A stretch of DNA of 64,000 nt, taken from an uncultured Verrucomicrobiae bacterium. Lineage in GTDB: Bacteria > Verrucomicrobiota > Verrucomicrobiia > Limisphaerales > Palsa-1400. The stretch lies in the NCBI GenBank assembly GCA_963813995.1, contig CAWFAZ010000049.1, positions 71,593 to 135,592 on the forward strand, written 5' to 3'. The translations under genes were made by a program, and so were the position numbers. Below, piece after piece: positions 9,576 through 17,600 of the stretch; the first letter of the stretch is position 1; each line of letters begins with the position of its first letter. The notes beneath the pieces are model-generated. The model saw nothing but the letters and a program-made list of their open reading frames with translations. It did no database searches and was not told the DNA's origin.

Positions 9576-10703
9576 TTACTTAATCCACGGCTGCCGTTCG
9601 GCCACTTCCCGGAGGCTGACGGGATTGGTGGAGGGCTGGCCCAACCCACCCAGTATGTTGCGCAGGAAACTCGCCCCAAAAATAACGTTGTTGGTGCAGG
9701 AGGCGTCGTTGACCTGAAAGGCCTTCCCGCCGCAATCATTGACCACCAGGCTTTGAAAATTGTTGCCGATGCATTGGGTGTCGGGGCAGAGCCGCCAGCC
9801 CTGGGCGGTGTGAGCGGCGGCCTGGGCCATGAAAACTCCATCGTGATGGCTCTTGGAAATGGTCAGCCTCTGAAACGAATTATTGCGGGAGTCGCGCATG
9901 AAAATACCCAGATCGTTGCCCGCCAACTCCGCGTTGGTGATGAAATTGTGGTTGAAGGCCAGGTCCAATGACATGCCCGCCCCCAGATTGTCATGCAGGC
10001 GCAGGCCGTCGAAACGGCTTTCCTCGGTCTGGTAACAGGCCAGTCCGTCGAATTGGTTGTCATAGGAGTCGAGATCGTTCACCTGGAGGCGGCGGACCGC
10101 GGCGGTGACCAGGCCGCCGGAGCGGCAACGGCAACAGACCACATGTTCGACCGCCGCATCGGTCACGTTCCAAATTTGCACGCCATTGTTATTGAACTCG
10201 GAGCCGTCGCCGGCGGTTCGCCAAAACTCCAGCTTCTGGTTCTTCCGATTGCCGTCAATCCGCAGGTCCGCCAGGCGCAGATGCGCCGCCGGAGGCTGTG
10301 TTTGGGTCATGGGCGGCCCAAGAATCACCACCGGGCAATCGGCCCCGTCCGCCAGATGCAGGAGGGTGGCCGGGCCGCTGCCGCGCAACGTCTGGTAATC
10401 GTGCCGCAACAGGAGCGGCTGGGAGATTTCATAGGTTCCGGCGCTGAGAACCACTTCGCCGTTGGGCGGCAAGCCGTCCAGCGCCTTTTGGATTTCCGCG
10501 CCGGTGGAATTGGCGGGCAACGTGACAATGACCGGAGGCGCTCCGAACGCGGCGTTGCAGACCATCCCCAGCGCCAACAACGGCAACGTGGCACGGATTA
10601 GATCAAAAAATGGGGCAAAACGGGCTAAAAAGGGGGATTTTGAACTGGATGTTGCGCGTCTTTGGCAGCGGGTCGTAAGTTGCTGTCCAAGATGGTTTAA
10701 CAT
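9576..10703 (-). CDS. secreted right-handed parallel beta-helix repeat protein
   Basis: ORF 9576-10715 opens with TTG; the first ATG is at 10703. Hydrophobic signal-like segment (LPLLALGMVCNAAFG). Repetitive N/G/D-rich beta-helix-type turns (NNGVQIWNV, NNFITNAELAGNDLGIF, NNSFQRLTI). Confidence 0.7.
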   Translation of the reverse strand: MLNHLGQQLTTRCQRRATSSSKSPFLARFAPFFDLIRATLPLLALGMVCNAAFGAPPVIVTLPANSTGAEIQKALDGLPPNGEVVLSAGTYEISQPLLLRHDYQTLRGSGPATLLHLADGADCPVVILGPPMTQTQPPAAHLRLADLRIDGNRKNQKLEFWRTAGDGSEFNNNGVQIWNVTDAAVEHVVCCRCRSGGLVTAAVRRLQVNDLDSYDNQFDGLACYQTEESRFDGLRLHDNLGAGMSLDLAFNHNFITNAELAGNDLGIFMRDSRNNSFQRLTISKSHHDGVFMAQAAAHTAQGWRLCPDTQCIGNNFQSLVVNDCGGKAFQVNDASCTNNVIFGASFLRNILGGLGQPSTNPVSLREVAERQPWIK

Positions 10704-10976
10704 GGCTAATATCAAGCATCAAAGATGCCATTCCCAAAGCGTAGAGTGGACAGCAGTGGTTTGGCCCGGATGCCATCGACCTGAAAGAATCTCTTTGCAA
10801 GATTCAATTGCGGGCCTCGTATGGAAAGATGGCAGGAACCGGGTATAAAGCACGGGACGCCAAGGAGGTTGTCTGCCGGTTGAACAGGTGATGGCAAAGG
10901 CCGTCAAATCAGTGTGGTGGAGAAGAGAGGAATTATCTCTTGAAATTAATCAGGGGGGCGGGCACAATGAGGACAC

Positions 10977-12599
10977 TTGAAAGGCACCGAAATCAGACGC
11001 GCCAGCGCCGCTGACGCCCCGAAGTGGCTGGATTTAGTCCAGGCGACTTTGGGCGCCCAATACCCCGTAAAAGCCATTTACGATCCGGGTTGGATCGCGA
11101 GCCAACTGGATGTCGAGACGGGCCAGGAAACGTGGGTGGCGGAAGTCGATGGGCGGTTCAATGGCAGTGTTTCCTTTCTGAAGCCGGACAGTGTCAGTTC
11201 CAATCCGGTGGCCAATTTGGGCCGCAACCTGATTCGGCCGGAAGGCGTGGCGGACGGTTCAGCGGAAAAGCTGCTGCGATCAGTCAAAGACCTGACGGCC
11301 CAACGCAACGAAATGGTCATCGTGAGGATTGCCGCCACGGACAACGCGCAACAGATTCTCTTCGAGAATCTGGGTTATGTTTGTGTGGGGTTTCAACCGC
11401 TCAAACACATGCTCCAGCAAAGAGTGGGCGTTTTGTTCTATGTTCACGGGGCCAACTCGGTCCTGGTGACCCGCACACCGCTTTCGGAGTCCCTTCCTCA
11501 CGTCAGCGAACTGGGCGCAGCCGTGCTGGAAAAATTGCAGATTCCCAACGCGATGGTGGTGCGGGACGGGGCCAGTGGGTATCCGTTGCAATGCGACTTG
11601 AAGGTGCAGGAGGCGACGATGGAGGAGTACCAACTGTGGCGCGTCCAGGCCGAAAGTTCCAATCCGCCTGCGGAAGTGTCGGGGCGGTTCAATTACGGGC
11701 TGGGTCTGATGCGCATCCCCGGGAGTCCGGCGATGCGGGCTTTGCTGGGGGAGCAGGATAAAAAGAAGGTGGCGGGCCTCAGTTATTATTTTGACGAACA
11801 GGACCGGTGCGCGCGAGTGACCGAGGCGTTTTGCTGCGACGATCTATCGATGGGGGCGCTGCTGGCTCATGCGTTGCATTCGGTGCAGGAACAGTTAAAC
11901 GCCGTTTACACGGAAGTGGACATTCTGGCGACGGCGCCGCGCCTGCTCAAAAGCGCCGAGCAACTGGGCTTTGTGCCGGTGGCGTATCTGCCCGCCTTCT
12001 TTTGCGGCAAGGGCAGGTTTTCGGACGTGGTCAAAATGGTGAAATTGAATTTGCCCTATTCGCTGGAAAGCGGCGAATTCACGGCGCACGCCAGGAACAT
12101 GGTTAAAATTATTGACCGCAATTTCGAGGACCAAAAACTGGGGCTGGCCATTATCAATCTGTTGCGGCCATTGTCGATGTTCGCGGGGCTGGGCGATGGA
12201 GAACTGCGCAAGATCGCGCGTCTGTTCGTGCAAAAGCTCTACCGGCCCGGTGAGCAGGTCTTTGCCAAAGGGGATTCCGGCGATGAAGCTTTTATTGTGC
12301 TGCGGGGAAAAATCAGCATTAAACTCGAGTCGGAGTCTCCGGCAGTGGCCCAGTTGGGCGACGGGAAAGTTTTCGGCGAACTGGCCTTTTTGGATGGGTC
12401 GCCGCGGGCCGCCTTTGCCGTCGCCACCCAGCCGAGCATTTTGCTGGTCATGAAACGGACGGCCTTCGCCGAAGTGGTGCGGCGCGAGCCTAATCTGGGC
12501 ATGGTGGTGATGCGCAACATCGCCCAGGACCTGGCCCTCAAACTGCGGAGCGTCAACGAGACGCTGGCCAGCGTCAAAAAAGCGCCCGCCAAAACCTAA
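10977..12599 (+). CDS. tandem GNAT-like acetyltransferase domains fused to a C-terminal cyclic-nucleotide-binding domain
   Basis: 540 aa, TTG start at 10977. GNAT motif A/B-like segments (IRPEGVADGSAEKLL, ILFENLGYVCVG; second copy LLKSAEQLGFVPVAYLP). C-terminal cNMP-binding signature (GDSGDEAFIVLRGKISI...GDGKVFGELAFLDGSPRAA). Confidence 0.8.
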   Translation: MKGTEIRRASAADAPKWLDLVQATLGAQYPVKAIYDPGWIASQLDVETGQETWVAEVDGRFNGSVSFLKPDSVSSNPVANLGRNLIRPEGVADGSAEKLLRSVKDLTAQRNEMVIVRIAATDNAQQILFENLGYVCVGFQPLKHMLQQRVGVLFYVHGANSVLVTRTPLSESLPHVSELGAAVLEKLQIPNAMVVRDGASGYPLQCDLKVQEATMEEYQLWRVQAESSNPPAEVSGRFNYGLGLMRIPGSPAMRALLGEQDKKKVAGLSYYFDEQDRCARVTEAFCCDDLSMGALLAHALHSVQEQLNAVYTEVDILATAPRLLKSAEQLGFVPVAYLPAFFCGKGRFSDVVKMVKLNLPYSLESGEFTAHARNMVKIIDRNFEDQKLGLAIINLLRPLSMFAGLGDGELRKIARLFVQKLYRPGEQVFAKGDSGDEAFIVLRGKISIKLESESPAVAQLGDGKVFGELAFLDGSPRAAFAVATQPSILLVMKRTAFAEVVRREPNLGMVVMRNIAQDLALKLRSVNETLASVKKAPAKT

Positions 12600-13135
12600 C
12601 TCCACGCCACGGCGACGCTCAATTTTTTGCCGTAACGATTGGTGTAGTGCAATTGCTTGTGGGAGAGTCCGTACTCATGCACCAGCCGGGTGAGCTTCAC
12701 GTCGTAGCAACAGTATTCAGCCAGTTCCAGCATCCTGCCTTCTTTGTACCAGCGAATCGCCTGCAACCCTTCGCCGGTCTTTTCCACTCCGAGGGTCGCG
12801 TGCGCAATGGCATCCAGGGAGAGCCGGTGCTGCAACGTTTTTTGCAGCTCCACCAGCATGTCCAGCGTCGGCACCTGTTCGATGTCGAAAAAGGGATTAT
12901 GTCCCAACAGCACCTCGTAATCAAAACGCAGGCTGTTAAAGCCCACCACCAAGTCCGCCCGGCGCAATTCGTCAATCAAGGCGTTGACTTCATTCTCCCC
13001 ATAAATCCTGTACCCGCCGCGGCCCGTGCTGTAAGTGACGCCGACACTCATGCGCATGTCGCGAATTTTGTCCCAGCCGCCCACCTCATCGGCCGACTTC
13101 TGCGTTTCCAGATCAAAATAAACAATGTTTTTCAT
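12596..13135 (-). CDS. RNase H-like fold 3'-5' exonuclease domain protein
   Basis: 179 aa. Starts MKNIVYFDLETQ (Exo I DxE). Also has GFNSLRFDYEVL (Exo II) and YCCYDVKL (Exo III, Y-x3-D). Stop overlaps the convergent upstream gene by 4 nt. Confidence 0.7.
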   Translation of the reverse strand: MKNIVYFDLETQKSADEVGGWDKIRDMRMSVGVTYSTGRGGYRIYGENEVNALIDELRRADLVVGFNSLRFDYEVLLGHNPFFDIEQVPTLDMLVELQKTLQHRLSLDAIAHATLGVEKTGEGLQAIRWYKEGRMLELAEYCCYDVKLTRLVHEYGLSHKQLHYTNRYGKKLSVAVAWS

Positions 13136-13251
13136 CGCAACTTCCGCCGCGTTTATATACGGCCAAAAGACAATTTGGAAGCATTTCCCGGTTTTTTCCC
13201 CGTTGCCGCCGCCATTGCAATTTCCGCCGCCGCCACTTAGCTTTCCCCTCC

Positions 13252-13935
13252 ATGATCCGGCTGGTTCTATTTGATGTTGATGGGACGCTCATCCACTCGG
13301 GTGGGGTGGGGGTGAAGGCCTTTGCCCGCGCCTTCGCCAGCGAATTTGGCGTCAACAACGGTGCCGAACGCCTTAAGTTTGCCGGACGGACGGATGTCTC
13401 CCTCGTGCGCGAATTCTTTTCCAACCAGCAAATCGAAGCGTCGCCCAAAAATTTCGGGCGTTTTTTCCAGGCCTATTTGTTTTGGCTGGAACAAATGATT
13501 CGCGACTGCAAAGGCGGCGCGTGCCGGGGGGCGCTGCAGTTTTATCACTCCCTTGAAATTCTGCCGCAACCTCCGTTGTTTGGCCTGCTGACCGGCAACA
13601 TCCGCGAGGGCGCGCGCATCAAGCTGCAACATTACAACCTGTGGGAAAAATTTCCCTTTGGCGCTTTTGCGGACGATCATGAGGAACGCGACCGCATCGC
13701 CGCCATCGCCCGGGAACGGGGCAGCGAACGCTTCGGCCGCCCCTTGCGCGGCGACGAAATCCTGGTCATTGGCGACACGCCGATGGACATCCGTTGCGCC
13801 CGCGCCATCCAGGCCAAGGCACTGGCCGTGGCCACCGGCTCGTTCACCGTGGAGGAGTTGTTGCGGCACGCGCCCGATTGGGCCGTGCCGGATTTGTCAA
13901 GAATCGCCGTGCAGGAAGTGATGGGCGCAAACTAA
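13252..13935 (+). CDS. HAD-superfamily hydrolase (phosphoglycolate phosphatase-like)
   Basis: 227 aa. HAD motif I FDVDGTL. Motif III/IV region (VIGDTPMDIRCARA). Confidence 0.85.
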   Translation: MIRLVLFDVDGTLIHSGGVGVKAFARAFASEFGVNNGAERLKFAGRTDVSLVREFFSNQQIEASPKNFGRFFQAYLFWLEQMIRDCKGGACRGALQFYHSLEILPQPPLFGLLTGNIREGARIKLQHYNLWEKFPFGAFADDHEERDRIAAIARERGSERFGRPLRGDEILVIGDTPMDIRCARAIQAKALAVATGSFTVEELLRHAPDWAVPDLSRIAVQEVMGAN

Positions 13936-14166
13936 TCAGTGCGAGTGCGGCCTGCCCGTGCCGCATAAGCCGCACGAGCCGGGATTGCCGCTGCAAGAGG
14001 CCGCTTCCGACGATCCTCCGCCCACGCTCGAAGCGAAAACCGACAATTTCTTCGTCAATCGCTTTGCGCCGCACTTGGGACAAGCGGTCCCCTTCCAACG
14101 ACTGGAACGGAGGAGGATTTCGCTGTCCGCCCCGCACTTCTCACAATGAAACTCATAGATCGGCAT
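13936..14166 (-). CDS. FmdB-family zinc-ribbon protein
   Basis: 76 aa. MPIYEFHCEKCG...CPKCG, a double CxxC zinc ribbon typical of the FmdB family. Confidence 0.8.
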   Translation of the reverse strand: MPIYEFHCEKCGADSEILLRSSRWKGTACPKCGAKRLTKKLSVFASSVGGGSSEAASCSGNPGSCGLCGTGRPHSH

Positions 14167-14251
14167 GTCTGGAAAATAGACCTTCCGGTTCGATACATCA
14201 ATTCAAAATCCGCCGGGAGGCGCAAGTCAGATTTGCCTTTCAGTTTGAAAG

Positions 14252-14409
14252 TTAGGGTGCAACAAGGGTGCTACAATTTGGCTTATTTGTTGCACCTGTA
14301 GCACCCTGGCAGCACACCCACCGCGTCCGCTCATGGCAAAGGCGGCGTGGAGGCCAGAATCCAAGCGACACTGGCCGCATTTCTATTTCTCTGAAAACAG
14401 AGAGGAACC
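14252..14409. repeat. partial, inverted copy of the MITE-like element at 56965-57282
   Basis: About 90% identical by eye to the reverse complement of 56965-57119. Ends in an ISL3-type terminal repeat (CTGAAAACAGAGAGGAACC). Contains a nested GGGTGCTACA hairpin. Confidence 0.75.
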
Positions 14410-14624
14410 CAACACGAAAAGCAACAAAGCGGCAACATGTAGCTTCTTTTCTGGATTCATTAAAAGCCTCAACCCAGAGTTTCCAGCGCCCCGTCGAGGC
14501 GCAAATATGCTGCGAATTCGTCAATAAAACACGGCTTGCCGTCGGCCGATCTGGTTTTTGGACTGTTAAAAATGCCTTGCGCCAAAGGCGATTCATCGCT
14601 ACGTTTTGCCGCTCGAATCGTCGT

Positions 14625-14697
14625 GGGTTGGTAGCTCAGTTGGTAGAGCAGCGCCCTTTTAAGGCGTTGGTCCCGGGTTCGAGTCCCGGCCAACCCA
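14625..14697 (+). tRNA. tRNA-Lys (anticodon TTT)
   Basis: Cloverleaf read by eye. Acceptor GGGTTGG/CCAACCC, anticodon loop CTTTTAA, T-loop TTCGAGT. CCA is not encoded. Confidence 0.95.
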
Positions 14698-14736
14698 TTT
14701 TTCGCTCCGCGAAAAATGCCGCGCCGTAGCGTCTGA

Positions 14737-14818
14737 CGCGAAGGCGGGCCGATTTCGCCATCGAACCGGCGGGCTACGGCCTGGCAAGCCATCTTTCAGT
14801 GTCGCAACACGGCAAATC
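14737..14818. repeat. 82-bp dispersed repeat, copy 1 (direct repeat partner at 15437-15518)
   Basis: CGCGAAGGCGGGC...GAACCGGCGGGCTACGGCC.GGCAAGCCATCTTTCAGT...GCAACACGG.AAATC. 72 of 82 positions identical to copy 2. Confidence 0.8.
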
Positions 14819-14840
14819 CCTTTTACACCAATATTTGCGC

Positions 14841-15296
14841 TTAAGCCTCCGGCTGGCGGGTCAACTCCAGTTTCAGAGCCTTGAGGGAGAGACGAATGTC
14901 CATGATGAAAGTGATCAGCGACACCACCAGCGATACCAGGCAACAGATAAAAATCAGACTGATGACGACGGAGGATTCCCACTTCATCAAGGCCGCAAGG
15001 AACAGCGCGAGGATGAGGATCGCGGCAAACAGGGCGCTGAGGGCACACATGACAATGGAAAACTGAATCAGGCGCGCCCGGCGATAAATAACCTCCACCT
15101 GGTTCGCCAGCCGCGGACGGTCGGCGGCGGCGGCCTTGCGCATCTCCCGGTGGATTTGGCGCGTGCGATCCACGGCGCGGCCAAAACGGTTGGTCAGCGA
15201 GAGCAGCAGCAACCCCACGCCGGAAATCAAGATGACCGGGGCGATGGCGATTTGCAGCACCGGAATCAGTTCAGTGAGGTGGGTGGACGGCATCAT
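14841..15296 (-). CDS. DUF2721-like membrane protein
   Basis: 151 aa. Three hydrophobic segments around a charged loop (RFGRAVDRTRQIHREMRK). Pattern recalled as DUF2721. Confidence 0.75.
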   Translation of the reverse strand: MMPSTHLTELIPVLQIAIAPVILISGVGLLLLSLTNRFGRAVDRTRQIHREMRKAAAADRPRLANQVEVIYRRARLIQFSIVMCALSALFAAILILALFLAALMKWESSVVISLIFICCLVSLVVSLITFIMDIRLSLKALKLELTRQPEA

Positions 15297-15436
15297 CGCA
15301 GGTCAATCGAAGGGGAAGGAAGCGGACGGCAATGCGACCGCATCCAAAACGCAAGAGAAAGCGCGCCATCCACACATGGCTGGCAACCGTAACAAAGAAA
15401 GCTCTCTTTTGCAACACCCCGCTCTGCCGCGTCCGG

Positions 15437-15518
15437 CGCGAAGGCGGGCGGGTTGTGCCACCGAACCGGCGGGCTACGGCCCGGCAAGCCATCTTTCAGT
15501 CATGCAACACGGTAAATC
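15437..15518. repeat. 82-bp dispersed repeat, copy 2
   Basis: Same orientation as, and exactly 700 bp from, copy 1 at 14737-14818. Confidence 0.8.
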
Positions 15519-15633
15519 GCTTTCTGCTCAATCCGGTTGAATGTTGTCCAATGAAGGGGTCTTCGGAAATTGGCATTCGCTCATTTTGTTTGCCACTGAC
15601 CCGTTCGTGATCCTTTCGCGATCCGCTGCCCGA

Positions 15634-16647
15634 TCAATCTGTGTGAATCTTCGATTTGATCCATTTTCCGGACGGGCTGAGGTCCGAAGCCTGCCAGGGG
15701 CCATCGATATTCACTTTCGGCTTGAGGGCGGCACTGCCTTCATCCGCGGGGCTGAAAGACCAGTTGATCCAACTGATCTTGTGCTGGTCCATCCAACGAA
15801 TCCATTCCGCAGCCTCGTCAAAATAAAGCCCGCCTTTTCCAGTGTAATCGGTCAGCCCCCACTCTGAGACAAAAATCGCCAACCCCTTGGACAAGGCGTA
15901 ATCCGCGGCGCGGCGCAGCTCGCCGCGGTGCGAGCCGGCATAAAAGTGCAGCGCATACATGACATTCGGGAAGTCCAGCGGAGCATACGCCGCCGCGCCC
16001 AGGCCCTTGCTCCATGACTCGGTGCCGACAATGATGACACCATCCGGATCAATCGCGCGAATGGCGGGGATGATGAAATTGGCGTAAGCCTTGATTTCCT
16101 GCCAGGTTGCCCCGGGACCGTTGGGTTCGTTGCAGATTTCATAAATCACGTTGGGATGACCGAGGTAGGCCCCGGCCATCTCCTCGAAGAATTCCTTTGC
16201 CTGCTCCTTGTAACGGTTGGGGTTGCCGTCCTCAAGAATATGCCAGTCGATGATGACATAGATATCGTGACGCAGCGCCGCGTCCACGATGAGTTTGACC
16301 GCCTGTTTCACCCCGGGTTCCCGGATGTAACTCGAACCATAACTATCCGTGTACATGGAAGCCCGGACCACGGAGACACGCCAGTCATCCACCAGATGGC
16401 CCACGGTATTGGTCCCAAACGGGAAGATTTTCAAGTCGTATGAACCCATTCCCTGGAGTTGAAACGGGTTGCCGGATTGATCGCACAACTGCCCGTTCTT
16501 CACCTGAAGCCGGCCATGGCGGTGGACAACCCCGGAGCCGGAATTTTCCTTGACGCCGGCCTGGCCTGTGCAACAGGCCAGAACAAAAGAAAATGCCAAA
16601 TACAATAAACGCGGAGGAACGGGATGTAACGGATGTCGCCGGCTCAT
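15634..16647 (-). CDS. glycoside hydrolase family 5 endoglucanase (probable lipoprotein)
   Basis: ORF 15634-16689 opens with TTG. ATG at 16647 gives MSRRHPL...FSFVLAC with a lipobox-like VLAC. GH5 catalytic region VIYEICNEPNG and FVSEWG. Confidence 0.85.
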   Translation of the reverse strand: MSRRHPLHPVPPRLLYLAFSFVLACCTGQAGVKENSGSGVVHRHGRLQVKNGQLCDQSGNPFQLQGMGSYDLKIFPFGTNTVGHLVDDWRVSVVRASMYTDSYGSSYIREPGVKQAVKLIVDAALRHDIYVIIDWHILEDGNPNRYKEQAKEFFEEMAGAYLGHPNVIYEICNEPNGPGATWQEIKAYANFIIPAIRAIDPDGVIIVGTESWSKGLGAAAYAPLDFPNVMYALHFYAGSHRGELRRAADYALSKGLAIFVSEWGLTDYTGKGGLYFDEAAEWIRWMDQHKISWINWSFSPADEGSAALKPKVNIDGPWQASDLSPSGKWIKSKIHTD

Positions 16648-16789
16648 GGCCGGCCACTGTATCAGGCTGGGGAATGCCGTCAAATGCAAAAGTCCAAGTT
16701 TATGGCCTGCGGGTGCATCTCAGTTTGCATATGCGCACCGCTGATAGCCTGGGGCAATCGCGTGATTGACTGTTTTTGAAAACTTGGGC

Positions 16790-17380
16790 ATGGTGGTTCC
16801 CGATGAAACCCAAGCAATCGCAATTATGAATGAATCACCACAGAAAAACGAAGGGGTGTCCTTCCTCGGCGTAACTGTCGCCTATCCGAGAACGGTGTGG
16901 GGAACGCTGCCGTATGCTTTCGTGTGCGCGACGATCGTGCTGGTTGCTTATTTCCTGGCCCCACATGCGCCGCCAGCGCGGAGACTTTGGGTGCCGACCG
17001 TCGTCGAGGCAAACGGAAGCCAGACGTCCATGGGAGAGACACGGCAGATGAATTTTTGGACGCCGTCGGCCCGGACCGGAGACTACATGACAAAGAGCGG
17101 CAGCGCGGCGCATGACCCGAGTAGCTGGCAATGCATCGCCAGCGATGAACCGGTGATGCAGTTCGGCATGATGCTGCACTCCAACGCAAATGTTCTAGGC
17201 TACCGCAGGACTGAAATGTGGGGGCATGGCCGCACCGTCTTCAAACCGGGCTGGTGGTGGACGGTCAACGTCATGACCAATTACTCGGTGGCTGAACTGG
17301 GGAATGCTTACCAATCGTTTTGGAAATGCACTGCGCCGGTGTTCATCGAGGTGGTCGATAACCGGGGGAGCGAACAGTAA
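16790..17380 (+). CDS. hypothetical membrane-anchored protein
   Basis: ORF 16766-17380 (TTG). First ATG at 16790; an alternative ATG is at 16826. One TM segment (YAFVCATIVLVAYFLAP). No family recognised. Confidence 0.5.
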   Translation: MVVPDETQAIAIMNESPQKNEGVSFLGVTVAYPRTVWGTLPYAFVCATIVLVAYFLAPHAPPARRLWVPTVVEANGSQTSMGETRQMNFWTPSARTGDYMTKSGSAAHDPSSWQCIASDEPVMQFGMMLHSNANVLGYRRTEMWGHGRTVFKPGWWWTVNVMTNYSVAELGNAYQSFWKCTAPVFIEVVDNRGSEQ

Positions 17381-17600
17381 CGCGGCGGGGCGGATCTGAG
17401 ATTTTTGCCACAAAGGAACGCAGAGAACACAAAGATTTTTGACAGGATTACCACCCTTTCTCTTTCACTGGCCCTTTCAGGAAGCCAGCGACTTCACGAC
17501 CCAAAAAGTGCCAATAGTGAGGGTGACACGGACATGACACGGACATAACACCGACGCTGCGCCTGGCTGATGCCAGGCGGGGGGCACTGCGGCTTGTCGC

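Noticed and set aside
8235-9971. 578-aa plus-strand ORF antisense to nusA. Similar long antisense ORFs occur at 1059-2210, 17619-19457, 37193-38245, 38420-39871, 48871-50577, 52627-54351, 57575-58762 and 62486-63955.
   Set aside because: Each lies opposite a gene with unambiguous conserved motifs (nusA, fhs, nrdJ, aceE, lpd, tuf, rpoB). Their translations are R/G/A/H/D-rich and low in complexity, as is typical of shadow ORFs in GC-rich DNA.
12596-12599. Functional coupling of the cNMP/GNAT gene with the exonuclease-fold gene
   Set aside because: The genes are convergent (4-nt stop overlap), not co-transcribed. Adjacency alone gives no basis for proposing a system.
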